Source: Candidatus Dormiibacterota bacterium (GTDB taxonomy: Bacteria > Chloroflexota > Dormibacteria > Aeolococcales > Aeolococcaceae). Taken from it: a stretch of 64,000 nt of DNA. The notes beneath the pieces were generated by a model. That model was not told where the DNA came from, searched no databases, and worked only from the letters and a program-made list of their open reading frames with translations. Positions 50,537 to 60,747 of the stretch are shown piece by piece. A program made the translations under genes and the position numbers. Every line of letters starts with the position of its first letter. The stretch's first letter is position 1. The stretch spans positions 289,136-353,135 of the forward strand of contig CAWBSL010000003.1 in NCBI GenBank assembly GCA_963791435.1, given 5' to 3'.

Positions 50537-50932
50537 ATGCTTAACCAAGCGGTCGATCTTGACCGTATCTTCCAGGCTCTGGCCGACCCGGGGCGGCGGC
50601 TCATGGTGATGCGCCTGAGCGACGGACCGGCCTCGGTGACGCAGCTTGCCGAGCCACTGGCGATCTCCCTGGCAGCCGTCGTACAACACGTCCAGGTTCT
50701 GGAAGCGAGCGGCCTCGTCCAGTCGCAAAAGGTCGGGCGGACGAGGACCTGCAGCATCAACCCCGTCGCGCTGCGTTCGGCCGAGGGCTGGATCGCTGAG
50801 CGGCGGAGTCTCTGGGAGCGCCGGCTCGACCGCCTCGGCGACTTTCTCGATGGCCAGCGCGGTACCGCAGCACCGAACCCGATACCGAGACACGTCAACA
50901 AAAAATCAACACCGAGGAGACGGCATGACTGA
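50537..50932 (+). CDS. ArsR/SmtB-family transcriptional regulator
   Basis: IFQALADPGRRLMVMRL...VTQLAEPLAISLAAVVQHVQVLEASGLV winged HTH. Confidence 0.8.
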   Translation: MLNQAVDLDRIFQALADPGRRLMVMRLSDGPASVTQLAEPLAISLAAVVQHVQVLEASGLVQSQKVGRTRTCSINPVALRSAEGWIAERRSLWERRLDRLGDFLDGQRGTAAPNPIPRHVNKKSTPRRRHD

Positions 50933-51398
50933 CAGTTCCATGACCCACGCGACCTTTGCCATCGAGCGCACCTACCCGGCGAGCGCGTCCGCGGTGTTCG
51001 CGGCATGGGCGGATGAGAAGGCTCGCATCGTCTGGCGAGACGACCCGGACTTCAAGTCGGACGGCACCGACTACCAGCTCGACTTCAGCATCGGCGGCCA
51101 CGAGCGATTTGGCGGCATCACGCCCGACGGGTCGCCCTATCGATATGACGGCGTGATCCACGACATCGTGCCGGACCAGCGGATCGTGTACAGCTACGAG
51201 ATGTATTCCGGCGAGCGGCGCATGTCGGTCTCGCTCTCTACCGTTGAGCTCGCGGCGCACCAGGATGGGACGACGCTGATGTACACCGAGCAAGGCGTGT
51301 TCCTCGATGGTATCGACAAGCCCGAGGACCGAGAGGAGGGCACCGCATGGCTTCTCGACAACCTTGGCAAATACCTGATGGCTCCCGCCCCGGCGTGA
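50925..51398 (+). CDS. SRPBCC/AHSA1-domain protein (activator of Hsp90 ATPase homolog-like)
   Basis: Classic ArsR-AHSA1 gene pair; 8-nt overlap with arsR. Confidence 0.6.
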   Translation: MTDSSMTHATFAIERTYPASASAVFAAWADEKARIVWRDDPDFKSDGTDYQLDFSIGGHERFGGITPDGSPYRYDGVIHDIVPDQRIVYSYEMYSGERRMSVSLSTVELAAHQDGTTLMYTEQGVFLDGIDKPEDREEGTAWLLDNLGKYLMAPAPA

Positions 51399-51533
51399 TC
51401 ACGTCGGGCGCTTGATCGGCGCCTCGTGGCGTATGGGCGCTCCGGTGGTATCAGCCCCCCGGGCCAGCGGCCGTTGGCTGCCATTGGCCCGGGGGTTCCG
51501 CGGTCCCGGGTGACGATCGGCGACAATTAACAG

Positions 51534-52571
51534 GTGACCGACTCCACGAATTACGCCGCAGCGGACGACCGCTACGCGTCGATGACCTACCGGCGCTGCG
51601 GGCGTAGCGGTCTCATGCTTCCGGCGGTCTCGTTGGGTCTGTGGCAGAACTTCGGCGACGGTCGCTCGATTGACAGCCAGCGCGCCATCCTGCGGCGCGC
51701 GTTCGACCTCGGGATCACGCATTTCGATCTCGCGAATAACTACGGTCCTCCCTACGGAAGCGCCGAGTCGAATTTCGGCCGAGTGTTGAGCACGGACTTC
51801 CGGACGCATCGCGACGAGCTGGTGATTTCGACCAAGGCCGGATGGGATATGTGGCCTGGCCCGTATGGCGATCTCGGCTCGCGCAAGTACCTGCTCGCAA
51901 GCCTGGATCAGAGTCTGCGCCGCCTCGGCGTCGACTACGTCGACATCTTCTATCACCATCGCTTCGATCCCAACACGCCGCTCGAGGAATCGCTCGGCGC
52001 GCTGCATTCCGCTGTGCAGCAGGGCAAGGCGCTGTACGTCGGCATCTCCTCGTATTCCGACCGGCGAACCGCCGAAGCAATCGCCATCCTTCGTTCGCTC
52101 GGGACGCCGCTGATCATCCATCAGCCTTCCTACTCGATGCTCAATCGCTGGATCGAGAAGGGACTGCTTGATGTCCTCGGCGCCGAGGGTGTCGGCTGCA
52201 TCGCGTTCTCGCCGCTCGCCCAGGGGCTGCTGACGAGCCGCTACCTGCATGGGATTCCCGAGGGCTCGCGCGCCCAGCAGGCCTCCTCGCTCAGCAGGGA
52301 GATGCTCAGCGACGCCAACCTCAATCACGTGCGCGCGCTGACCGCCATCGCGGAACGGCGCGGCCAGAGCCTTGCGCAGATGGCGCTCGCGTGGGCACTG
52401 CGCGATCCGCGTGTCACCGCAGTGCTCCTCGGCGCGAGCAGCGTCGCTCAGCTCGAGGAGAACCTTGGGGCGCTTGAACATCTCGACTTCTCCGCCGCGG
52501 AGCTCGCCGAGATCGATCAGCACGCCGTCGACAGCGGTATCGACCTGTGGCGAGGTCCCGCAAGCAGCTGA
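51534..52571 (+). CDS. aldo/keto reductase (YghZ/L-glyceraldehyde-3-phosphate reductase-like)
   Basis: GITHFDLANNYG and IFYHHRFDPNTPLEESL motifs; 345 aa. Confidence 0.8.
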   Translation: MTDSTNYAAADDRYASMTYRRCGRSGLMLPAVSLGLWQNFGDGRSIDSQRAILRRAFDLGITHFDLANNYGPPYGSAESNFGRVLSTDFRTHRDELVISTKAGWDMWPGPYGDLGSRKYLLASLDQSLRRLGVDYVDIFYHHRFDPNTPLEESLGALHSAVQQGKALYVGISSYSDRRTAEAIAILRSLGTPLIIHQPSYSMLNRWIEKGLLDVLGAEGVGCIAFSPLAQGLLTSRYLHGIPEGSRAQQASSLSREMLSDANLNHVRALTAIAERRGQSLAQMALAWALRDPRVTAVLLGASSVAQLEENLGALEHLDFSAAELAEIDQHAVDSGIDLWRGPASS

Positions 52572-52632
52572 TTTCAGGCGCGTTCTGACGCGACGCGTCG
52601 GGGCCTTGCGACCTTGCTACCGTTGACCCCGG

Positions 52633-54093
52633 ATGGAACCGGCCCGACGCTCCTGGCTGGTGGGGGCCATTGCCCTCGGCGCGTTCGTCGGCATGCTCGA
52701 CGCCACGATCGTCGCGGTTGCGCTCGATCCGATGACGCATCACTTCGCGCTGCCCCTGGCGTCCGGTCAGGAGGTCATCGCGATCTACCTCGTCGTGGTC
52801 ATGGCGACCTTGCCGACGATCGGCCGGGTGTCCGATCGGTTCGGACGGAGAAGGGCGTACGTCGGCGGGTTCGTTCTCTTCGGGGTCGGGTCGGTTGTCG
52901 CTGCCACCGCGCCGTCCTTCGCGCTCCTGCTTGTCGGGAGGATGGTCCAGGCGGTCGGTGGGGGAGTGTTGATGGCCGGCAGCCTCGCGCTCATCGCCGA
53001 GCATGTCCCGCGGCGCAGGACGGGCCGGTCGGTGGCCGTGATGGTCACCACGCAGGCAATCGCCGGCCTGATCGGCCCACCGCTCGGCGGCGTCCTGGTG
53101 GCGATCGGTGGCTGGCAGGCGGTCTTCTGGGCGGGACTGCCGCTCGCGGCGATCGGCATCGTGCTGACCATCACCGCGGTGCCGGCGAGCACCGCTCACC
53201 GCGACAGCAGCATCGACATCCCTGGCGCGGTGCTGCTTTCGGCGATCTTCCTCGGGGTCGGGGCGGGCATCTCGTCACTCGCCGCCCCGGTCTTCGGCCA
53301 GATTCCGGCCATCGCGTGGTTCTCGGTGGCCTGGATCGCGCTGCTGCTGCTGTTCCCGGCTGAGATGATCGCGCGCCGGCCGTTGGTGGACCGGCGGCTC
53401 TTCCGGCAGCCGCGTTTCATGTCCGCCACCATTGCGACGCTTCTCAGCACCGGGACACTCATGTCCTGCTTCGCGATCCTTCCCTTCTGGCTCGAACAGG
53501 CCCACGGGGTCACTCCCGTTGTGGCAGGGCTCGCTTTCCTGCCGATCGGTTTTGGGGTCGGTGCCACGTCGCGCGCGGGGGGCCGGCTCGGAGACGCAAG
53601 CCGGACCGGCCTCGTGACCACGGCCGGCATGTGCATGGCGGCGGTGGGGTTCATCCTCGCGGGCCTTGCCACGCACCACGTCGTCTGGCCGCTGCTCCTG
53701 GTGGGGCTCTTCCTGGTCGGATGCGGCAATGGCTTCTTCTCGTCGCCGAACACGTCGGCAGCCATCCGCCTCGCCCCGCGCGACGCGCTCGGCGGGGCGG
53801 CAGCGCTCCTCTCGGCAGCCCGGAACGCAGGAGTGATCACCGGTCTCGGGATCACCGGCGCCATCTACACGGCGGCAGGCTCCGCGAACGCCGATGGCGC
53901 GGCGGCGACGATATTCTGGGGCGCGGCCGTGATCTGCCTGGTCGTCGCCGCAATCGCCGTGGTCACGTACCGCCCCGTATCGGAGGCTGCGGGGTCGCAA
54001 GCTCCTGAGGCGGCTCTCGAGGGGCGCTCCGTAGGCGCCCGGCTGACCACGGCGGCGGCGGGCGACCCGTCCGGCGTGAAGGTCGCCGACTGA
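52633..54093 (+). CDS. MFS transporter (DHA2/EmrB-like, ~14 TM)
   Basis: RVSDRFGRRRAY MFS motif A; highly hydrophobic 486 aa. Confidence 0.75.
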   Translation: MEPARRSWLVGAIALGAFVGMLDATIVAVALDPMTHHFALPLASGQEVIAIYLVVVMATLPTIGRVSDRFGRRRAYVGGFVLFGVGSVVAATAPSFALLLVGRMVQAVGGGVLMAGSLALIAEHVPRRRTGRSVAVMVTTQAIAGLIGPPLGGVLVAIGGWQAVFWAGLPLAAIGIVLTITAVPASTAHRDSSIDIPGAVLLSAIFLGVGAGISSLAAPVFGQIPAIAWFSVAWIALLLLFPAEMIARRPLVDRRLFRQPRFMSATIATLLSTGTLMSCFAILPFWLEQAHGVTPVVAGLAFLPIGFGVGATSRAGGRLGDASRTGLVTTAGMCMAAVGFILAGLATHHVVWPLLLVGLFLVGCGNGFFSSPNTSAAIRLAPRDALGGAAALLSAARNAGVITGLGITGAIYTAAGSANADGAAATIFWGAAVICLVVAAIAVVTYRPVSEAAGSQAPEAALEGRSVGARLTTAAAGDPSGVKVAD

Positions 54094-54206
54094 CGGACGT
54101 ATCCGTGCTCGAGATCGGGGATGACCCGGCCGGGCCGATTTGGCCAGACTCCCGCGGCTGCTAGGATGTGCGGCCGAGACAGGGAGCTAGAGCGGGAGGC
54201 GAACTG

Positions 54207-55124
54207 ATGAAGAAATTCGTATTGGCGATCCTCGCCGTCGTGGTCGCGGGAAGCACCGGAGGCGCTCCTGCGCATGCCGCCACGACCCCTGGCACGTGCT
54301 TCGCGTACCTCGCGGCAGGATCACCGAGCACGATCCTGGCGCACGCCAAGGTCCTCGCGAAGTCGCCCTGCGAAGGCATCTCATGGATTTTCTCCTGGCG
54401 TGAGCTCGAGCCGTCCCAGGGGAAATACAACTGGGTCAACGTGGACGACGCGCTCGCCGCATCGGGCTCCAAGCCTGTGATCCTCCGAGTGGTCGGAGGT
54501 GACAGCGCTCCATCGTGGCTCCCTCGAGCGGACGGTATCGTGGCGCCGAATCCCCAGGGCGGGAGCTCGTGGATGCCGATCCCGTGGAATGCCAACTTCC
54601 TCGCCACATGGAAGACGTTCATCAACGCGTTCGGCGCGCGCTACAACGCCAATGCACACATCGCCATCATCGAGGGCGGCGGTGACGGTCCGCAGGGCGA
54701 GGCGCATCTCACAGGGACCTATGCACTCTGGCACGGGGTCGGCTACTCCGAGCCGACGTATGTCGGCGCGATCACGACAGAGATCGCCGACTTCAAAGCT
54801 GCGTTCCCCAGTCGCAAGGTGAGCTTTGCGGGGGCAACGGCACCCACCGGCGCACCGTCGACGCCGAGTTTGGAGCAGGGGTTTCTCGGTGCGTGCGAGC
54901 AGGCGCGAATCGTCGTGCAGAACAACGGCCTGACCGGGCACTCCTACGGACGGATCAATCAGAACGTGATCGAGTTCGGCTACCAGACTGCCAGCGCTCT
55001 CGGAACAGGGCTGGGGGCCGCCTTGCGACTGGCGACTCAGCTCGGCGCCTCCTTCGTCGAGGTCTACTACAGCGACGCGACCAACCCGGCCGACTACGCT
55101 GCGATCAGGGCGTACCAATCCTGA
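54207..55124 (+). CDS. secreted TIM-barrel glycoside hydrolase-like protein
   Basis: Signal peptide MKKFVLAILAVVVAGSTGGAPAHA; WRELEPSQGKYNW motif as in GH5/GH42-type barrels; GGGAGG RBS. Confidence 0.5.
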   Translation: MKKFVLAILAVVVAGSTGGAPAHAATTPGTCFAYLAAGSPSTILAHAKVLAKSPCEGISWIFSWRELEPSQGKYNWVNVDDALAASGSKPVILRVVGGDSAPSWLPRADGIVAPNPQGGSSWMPIPWNANFLATWKTFINAFGARYNANAHIAIIEGGGDGPQGEAHLTGTYALWHGVGYSEPTYVGAITTEIADFKAAFPSRKVSFAGATAPTGAPSTPSLEQGFLGACEQARIVVQNNGLTGHSYGRINQNVIEFGYQTASALGTGLGAALRLATQLGASFVEVYYSDATNPADYAAIRAYQS

Positions 55125-55534
55125 TGTCCGCCTCCAATCCGTTGCCGGAGACTGCCGATATGCCAAGCCCGGAGGTCGATCAGTACCTGGAAGCCCTCGA
55201 CGAACCGAAACGGACCACGCTTCGCCAGCTGCGCGACACCATCAACAGCGTGATTCCCGACGCTGAAGAGTGCATCTCCTACGCCATGCCGGCCTTCCGG
55301 GTCCAGGGCAAGGTCGTCGCCGGATTCGCCGCGTTCACGCATCACCTGAGCTACCTGCCGCACAGCGGATCGGTGCTCGCCCAGCTCCCGAACGAGCTCG
55401 CCGCGTACCGGCAGACCAAGGGTGCCCTGCAATTCCCCGTTGACACGCCGCTCCCCCGCGATCTCGTCGAAAAACTCATCGACGTGCGTCTGCGACAGGC
55501 GTTCGGTGCCGGCCTGGAACAGCGAGCCACGTAG
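55124..55534 (+). CDS. DUF1801 (YdhG-like) domain protein
   Basis: SYAMPAFRVQGKVVAGFAAFTHHLSY pattern typical of DUF1801. Confidence 0.55.
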   Translation: MSASNPLPETADMPSPEVDQYLEALDEPKRTTLRQLRDTINSVIPDAEECISYAMPAFRVQGKVVAGFAAFTHHLSYLPHSGSVLAQLPNELAAYRQTKGALQFPVDTPLPRDLVEKLIDVRLRQAFGAGLEQRAT

Positions 55535-55575
55535 GATTCGTCAGCTCCTGTGGACGGTGATCCAGGCATGATTCA

Positions 55576-57045
55576 ATGCCCGGAATGACGGGCGTGCTTT
55601 CTGCCGAGGCAATCGGTGCACCGACGCAGTTGCTGATTGCCGGCACCTGGGTGGACGCCTCCGATCACCTGACGTTCGAGGTCGACGATCCGGCGACGGG
55701 CGAGGTCATCGCCGAGGTCGCCAACGGGTCGGTGGAGGATGGCCTCGCGGCCGTGGCGGCGGCGTCCCAGGCGCTTCCCGGCTGGGCGGCGACCGCCCCG
55801 CGCCAACGCGCCGAGCTGCTCCGGCGCACGTTCGAGCTCATGACCCAGCGCGCCGAGGACTTCGCGCGACTGATCGTCAGGGAGAACGGCAAGGCGCTTT
55901 CCGACGCCCGCGGCGAGGTGGCGTACGCGGCAGAGTTCTTCCGCTGGTTCGCCGAGGAAGCCGTGCGTGCCGAGGGGCATATCCAGACCGCCCCTGCCGG
56001 GACCAACCGGATCCTCGTGCTGCGCCAACCGATCGGCGTCAGCGTCCTCATCACTCCGTGGAACTTCCCGGCAGCGATGGCAACTCGCAAGATCGGCCCC
56101 GCGCTGGCCGCGGGTTGCACCGTCATCCTCAAGCCGGCTTCGGACACCCCGCTCACGGCCCTCGCGATGGGAGCACTCCTCACCGAGGCCGGCGTTCCCG
56201 CAGGGGTCGTCAACGTGCTGCCGTCGCGCCGCTCCGGGCCGGTGATCAGCGCGATGCTGCACGACCCACGGGTGCGGAAGCTCTCGTTCACCGGGTCAAC
56301 CGAGGTGGGCCGCGGTCTCCTCAAGGACGCGGCCGACTGTGTCGTGAACTGCTCAATGGAACTCGGTGGCAATGCCCCGTTCGTCGTCTTCGACGATGCC
56401 GACCTGGAGAGCGCAGTCGCCGGCGCCATGATCGCGAAGATGCGCAATGGCGGCGAGGCATGCACGTCCGCAAACCGGTTCCTCGTGCAGCGCGGCATCG
56501 CGGAGGCATTCAGCAACCGGCTCGCGCAGACCATGGGAGCGCTTCGCGTCGGCCCAGGCCTTGCCGAAGGCACCCAACTCGGCCCGCTCATCAACGCGGC
56601 CGGTCGCGACAAGGTGATGTCCCTGGTCACGAGCGCCGTCCAGGACGGAGCGCGTCTCGCGGTCGGCGGTACGGTGCCCGACGGTCCGGGGTTCTTCTAT
56701 CCGGCCACGGTCCTGGTCGACGTCCCGGTTGATTCCGGGATTCTTCGCGAGGAGATTTTCGGACCGGTCGCCCCCGTGGTCGTCTTCGACACCGAGGACG
56801 AAGCCGTGCGCCTCGCCAACGACACCGAATACGGTCTTGTGGCCTACGTCTACACCGGCGATCTGCAGCGTGGGCTGCGCTTCAGCGAGGCACTCGAATC
56901 GGGCATGGTGGGACTCAACCGTCCGATCGTTTCCGACCCGGCGGCGCCTTTCGGCGGTGTCAAGCAAAGTGGTCTCGGCCGTGAGGGCGGGCACGACGGC
57001 CTCCTCGAGTTCATGGAGAGCAAGTACATCGCCGTCAGCTGGTGA
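55576..57045 (+). CDS. NAD(P)-dependent aldehyde dehydrogenase (succinate-semialdehyde dehydrogenase-like)
   Basis: Catalytic ELGGNAP and GEACTSANR (Cys) motifs; FTGSTEVG. Confidence 0.85.
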   Translation: MPGMTGVLSAEAIGAPTQLLIAGTWVDASDHLTFEVDDPATGEVIAEVANGSVEDGLAAVAAASQALPGWAATAPRQRAELLRRTFELMTQRAEDFARLIVRENGKALSDARGEVAYAAEFFRWFAEEAVRAEGHIQTAPAGTNRILVLRQPIGVSVLITPWNFPAAMATRKIGPALAAGCTVILKPASDTPLTALAMGALLTEAGVPAGVVNVLPSRRSGPVISAMLHDPRVRKLSFTGSTEVGRGLLKDAADCVVNCSMELGGNAPFVVFDDADLESAVAGAMIAKMRNGGEACTSANRFLVQRGIAEAFSNRLAQTMGALRVGPGLAEGTQLGPLINAAGRDKVMSLVTSAVQDGARLAVGGTVPDGPGFFYPATVLVDVPVDSGILREEIFGPVAPVVVFDTEDEAVRLANDTEYGLVAYVYTGDLQRGLRFSEALESGMVGLNRPIVSDPAAPFGGVKQSGLGREGGHDGLLEFMESKYIAVSW

Positions 57046-57088
57046 CCACGCGGCGCCAGGCCGCGTCGACTCGTTTCGTGGAGGATAG

Positions 57089-57633
57089 GTGTTGTTCGAG
57101 AAAGTGTTGGTAGCGATCGATGGATCGCCGTACACGGAGTCCGCGCTCGCCGCAGCGGGAGGCCTCGCCGCCAAGGCCGGGTGCGCGATGGAGGTCGTGC
57201 ACGTCCATGAGCACGAACTCGGCCCCGTCCAGGGCGGGCACGGCGCCCGACCTCGAGGGTGGCGATGAAGCTCAGGCACTCGTCGACGGCGCAGTCGCTC
57301 GAACTCAAGGCAGAGGGGGCGACCGTCACCGGACGGCTGCTGCACGCGCAGACGAGAGACGTCGCGCGAGTGATCATGGAGGCCGCCGACGACGGCGGGG
57401 CGGACATGATCATCGTCGGTCGCCGTGGACTGTCCAGCTTCACCGCGATGCTCGTCGGCAGCGTGTCCAACAAGCTGATCCACGTTGCGCGAGTGCCTGT
57501 CATGGTCGCGCACTGGGCGGACGTGAATGACAAGGCGGAGACGGGAGCCGTCGGGTCACGCCGCAGTGCTGAGCTGGAGAACGACAGGCTGACCGGGGAT
57601 ATCCTCGAACACGGCCCGCCGATGACCTTTTGA
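57089..57633 (+). CDS. universal stress protein (UspA family), frameshift near 57240
   Basis: N-terminus VLFEKVLVAIDGS with GGAGGA RBS; C-terminus ADMIIVGRRGLSSFTAMLVGSVSNKLIHVARVPVMV in the 57259 frame. Confidence 0.55.
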
Positions 57634-57713
57634 GGACGTGACGTTGTCGCTCCGAGCGCCATTTGCACGGAACATCGGATGTAGACTGGGGTGGTCTAGA
57701 AAGGAACCCCCAG

Positions 57714-57905
57714 ATGGCCTGGATTTGGTGGCAGCAGCGTCGTGCAGATCACGCTGAGTGCCGAGCGATCACGAGGTATCTGCAGCAGCGAGACGCGTCC
57801 CTCGTGCTGTCAGAGTTGGTCGTGGAAGCACGGCGTGAGGCGGATGCCCGACTGCGTCTCGATGCGGCGCTCCAGGCGGAACAGCGCGAGACTGAGATTC
57901 GCTAG
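57714..57905 (+). CDS. small hypothetical protein (63 aa)
   Basis: AAGGAA RBS 6 nt upstream of the ATG; no recognisable domain. Confidence 0.3.
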   Translation: MAWIWWQQRRADHAECRAITRYLQQRDASLVLSELVVEARREADARLRLDAALQAEQRETEIR

Positions 57906-58624
57906 CGGAGCGCGGCGCGCTCGGTGCGAAACCGATCGACGGCCATGAAAATGCTCTCGTCGAGCCACTGATAGAAGCGCTTCCGCTTCTCGTCGTCCGT
58001 TGCCATGTCGCCGTCATCGGATCGGCGGACGATCCAGGGCGGGACCCCATCTGCGATCACGCCACTTCCGACATGAACGCGCACGAGTGAGTCGTTCTCT
58101 TCGAGCACCTGGATGGTGACCTTGAGGATGAGCCCGGTGTGATCGACGAGACGCCAGCTCTGCTCCCAGCGGGCGTTGCGATTGAAATCGCGAACGACGC
58201 GCACGGTGTCGTCGGCGATGATGCTCTCTCCGCGGCCTGCGGAAGCTGCGAGGAGTCGCCGGACATTCGCATCGAGATCTCGCGCAATCCAGTTCACCAG
58301 CGAGGGTGCTCGGTTGTCGAGGTCGGGCAGACCGCTGCCCGGTGTCGTCTGCGAGCCCACAGCGCGGACCACCCCGGCATGACGCCGGCAGTAGAAGGCG
58401 TGATCGATGGAGACGCCGTGTTCCGAGCAGTAGGCGGCCTGACATGCCCGGCCGCGCCCATCGTGATACCCGCACAGCGCCGCGTTGTCGCTCGTGCAGC
58501 CGGTCAGCGAGCAGGGGATCCCCGAGCTCGATACGGGACCGGTCGCGGCATTGGCAGCGGGCGTGGACGCGTTTGCGTTCCGGGTGCGCCGGAAGAACTG
58601 GCTCATCGCTGTAATGAAACGCAT
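57902..58624 (-). CDS. hypothetical protein with Cys/His-rich N-terminal region
   Basis: 240 aa; CSLTGC...CGYHDGRGRACQAAYCSEHG...FYCRRH suggests a metal-binding segment. Confidence 0.4.
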   Translation of the reverse strand: MRFITAMSQFFRRTRNANASTPAANAATGPVSSSGIPCSLTGCTSDNAALCGYHDGRGRACQAAYCSEHGVSIDHAFYCRRHAGVVRAVGSQTTPGSGLPDLDNRAPSLVNWIARDLDANVRRLLAASAGRGESIIADDTVRVVRDFNRNARWEQSWRLVDHTGLILKVTIQVLEENDSLVRVHVGSGVIADGVPPWIVRRSDDGDMATDDEKRKRFYQWLDESIFMAVDRFRTERAALR

Positions 58625-58746
58625 GCGCGGGCGCTGAATGCCGGCATATCGGACGCCTCGCTGAAACCGTGTTACACGCCGGTCACCAGAAGCCCTGGTT
58701 TCGGTTTGTAGTCCGAACAGCGCCGGGTAGGGGGCGCGGCGCAGAC

Positions 58747-59445
58747 CTATCTCGGGAACTGATCGCCGTCGCGCAGCGCGAGCCGCTCGCGGCCGCGACG
58801 GATGTCCACCACACCACTGCCGAACACGCGCCACATCGCTCCATCGGTTGCAACGGCGGTGTTCTCGGAGACGCCGATGAATTGGACGGTTCCGGGGAGG
58901 CGGCGCGGAGCGAGGTCGCGCAGCCAGCGGATCCACCAACCCGAGAGGGCGTCCCAGTGCACGCCGAGCGCGCTCGACGGGAGCAGCCCGAGCCCGCTCG
59001 AGAAGGGAAAGCGCATTGCCGTGGCACCGGTGATCATCGCGCCCGCGCTGCATCCGGCGAACACGCCGCCTCGTGCGACAAGCCGCTGGACCGCATCCCA
59101 AATGGGCGTTCCGATGATCGACTGCGCGAGGTACTTCGGGCTGCCGCCGCTGAAGAACACCATGCTTGCCGCATCGAGCGCAGCCGCCGACCTGGTGTCA
59201 CGTGCGTCGACACGATTGCGCACGGGAAGCGCGGTCGCTGTGATGCCAAGCGACGCGTAATGGGCGAGTCCCATCGCGTTCCATCGCTCGAAGACGGCAT
59301 CGCCCTCGCGTCCGCACGCAGTGGCGAGGATCGCAACCGAACCGTCGCCGGCGGCGCCGGAGAGCGCAAAGCGCTCAGCGCCGGCAGACCACGGTTCGAA
59401 CTCGCCCGAGCCAAGGAGGAGGAACCTGCCGAGTTCGCTCGTCAT
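58747..59445 (-). CDS. peptidase S51 family (cyanophycinase/dipeptidase E-like)
   Basis: MVFFSGGSPKYL and GCSAGAMI (nucleophile Ser) motifs. Confidence 0.6.
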   Translation of the reverse strand: MTSELGRFLLLGSGEFEPWSAGAERFALSGAAGDGSVAILATACGREGDAVFERWNAMGLAHYASLGITATALPVRNRVDARDTRSAAALDAASMVFFSGGSPKYLAQSIIGTPIWDAVQRLVARGGVFAGCSAGAMITGATAMRFPFSSGLGLLPSSALGVHWDALSGWWIRWLRDLAPRRLPGTVQFIGVSENTAVATDGAMWRVFGSGVVDIRRGRERLALRDGDQFPR

Positions 59446-60699
59446 CTAGCGCGCATCCTGGACTATCGGCATGCTTCGCTGATATGACGCTTCGTGCGCC
59501 ACGCGATTCGCCGAGGAATCGTCGGGTGCGCGAAGCAGGTCGAACATGACCAGTGCCATGGCTGCGCCTACCACGACCGACGCGATGACGCTCTCCGCGG
59601 CTCCCGCCGCACTGAACGGCGACGCCGTCGCCGCCATCGCGATGAAGACATCGATGGTGAGCAGGAGTGGGACGACCGCGCGCCAGTTGAGCGCGGTACC
59701 AGGGCGCGCGAGCCACCAGAGAACGGCAAACAGATAAGGCTCGAAAAAGTAATACGGGAAGACGGATTTCGCGAAGAGCGGCACGCAGCACGACGCGACC
59801 GTGACCAGTCCGATCAATCCCGCGTGCGTGGTGCCGGCGAACGGCCTGCGCAACAGTGTGCTTGCCACCAGGACAGTCGCCACAGCGGCGCCCAGGTACA
59901 CATCGCCCGATCGCACGATGCCTGCCCACGATGCACCTCTCGCGACGATCCAGAACGAACCACCGCTGATCGGGAGGCTTGCTCGGTAGGTGAGGAGCGC
60001 GTGTGTGACTGCGGGCGCGTTGGCCTGAACGAACGGTGTGATGCCAGCGGCGATCGTGAGCAGAGTCGCGATGACGATCGTCGCTGCCGCGCGAAGCCTT
60101 CGACCGGCAACATCGACCAGCACCAACGGGATCACGCAGAATCCGGCGATCGTGCGGGCGAGGATGGCACCGCCGAATGCAACACCGGACAGCGCGTTCT
60201 GACCACGGAGCGAGCAGCCAACGGCAAAGAGCACAAGACATAACTCGACGGGCTGTTCGATGTGACCGTAGTCGAGAATCGCGATCCAGAGCGCCGGTGC
60301 AAGCAGCACCGTCGCCGCGACGGCGAGCGGCCATTGTGTGTTGCCGCGTGCCGCTGCGACGAAGCGAACCGTCTGGTACGCGAGGAGCAGCACGAACAGT
60401 GAGGCGACCGCCCCACTGAGCGCCGCGCGCCCGGTGAGGCTCCCGGACCATCCAAGCGCATTGGCGAGCGCGGCCATCGGCACGAGCGGGAGCAACCCAA
60501 GCGGCCCGTTGTCGTTCTGGTTGAGCGCATGGGTGTACGTTGCGTAGACGAGCAGGGGGTGCCCGCCGACGATGATCTCCGCCTCCGGCCAGAGATACAG
60601 ATCGAGATCGGACGGGGTCGTCTTCAAGACCAGCGGCGCGACCACCGACGCGGCAACGTAGAGCACCCCGAGTCCCGCAGTCAGGGCCCGGCTGGTCAT
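59446..60699 (-). CDS. polytopic membrane protein, GT87/DUF2029-like putative glycosyltransferase
   Basis: ~10-12 TM helices; resembles DUF2029 mannosyltransferase-like proteins (from memory). Confidence 0.45.
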   Translation of the reverse strand: MTSRALTAGLGVLYVAASVVAPLVLKTTPSDLDLYLWPEAEIIVGGHPLLVYATYTHALNQNDNGPLGLLPLVPMAALANALGWSGSLTGRAALSGAVASLFVLLLAYQTVRFVAAARGNTQWPLAVAATVLLAPALWIAILDYGHIEQPVELCLVLFAVGCSLRGQNALSGVAFGGAILARTIAGFCVIPLVLVDVAGRRLRAAATIVIATLLTIAAGITPFVQANAPAVTHALLTYRASLPISGGSFWIVARGASWAGIVRSGDVYLGAAVATVLVASTLLRRPFAGTTHAGLIGLVTVASCCVPLFAKSVFPYYFFEPYLFAVLWWLARPGTALNWRAVVPLLLTIDVFIAMAATASPFSAAGAAESVIASVVVGAAMALVMFDLLRAPDDSSANRVAHEASYQRSMPIVQDAR

Positions 60700-60747
60700 C
60701 GGAGCATTCTGACCGCCGCCGGAGGTGATTCCTCACCATGGGACCCG

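Noticed and set aside
51399-52523. 374-aa minus-strand ORF overlapping the aldo/keto reductase
   Set aside because: No motifs and Arg-rich; the plus-strand AKR (GITHFDLANNYG) is the real gene.
56353-57668. Minus-strand ORFs opposite the aldehyde dehydrogenase and usp
   Set aside because: Antisense artefacts.
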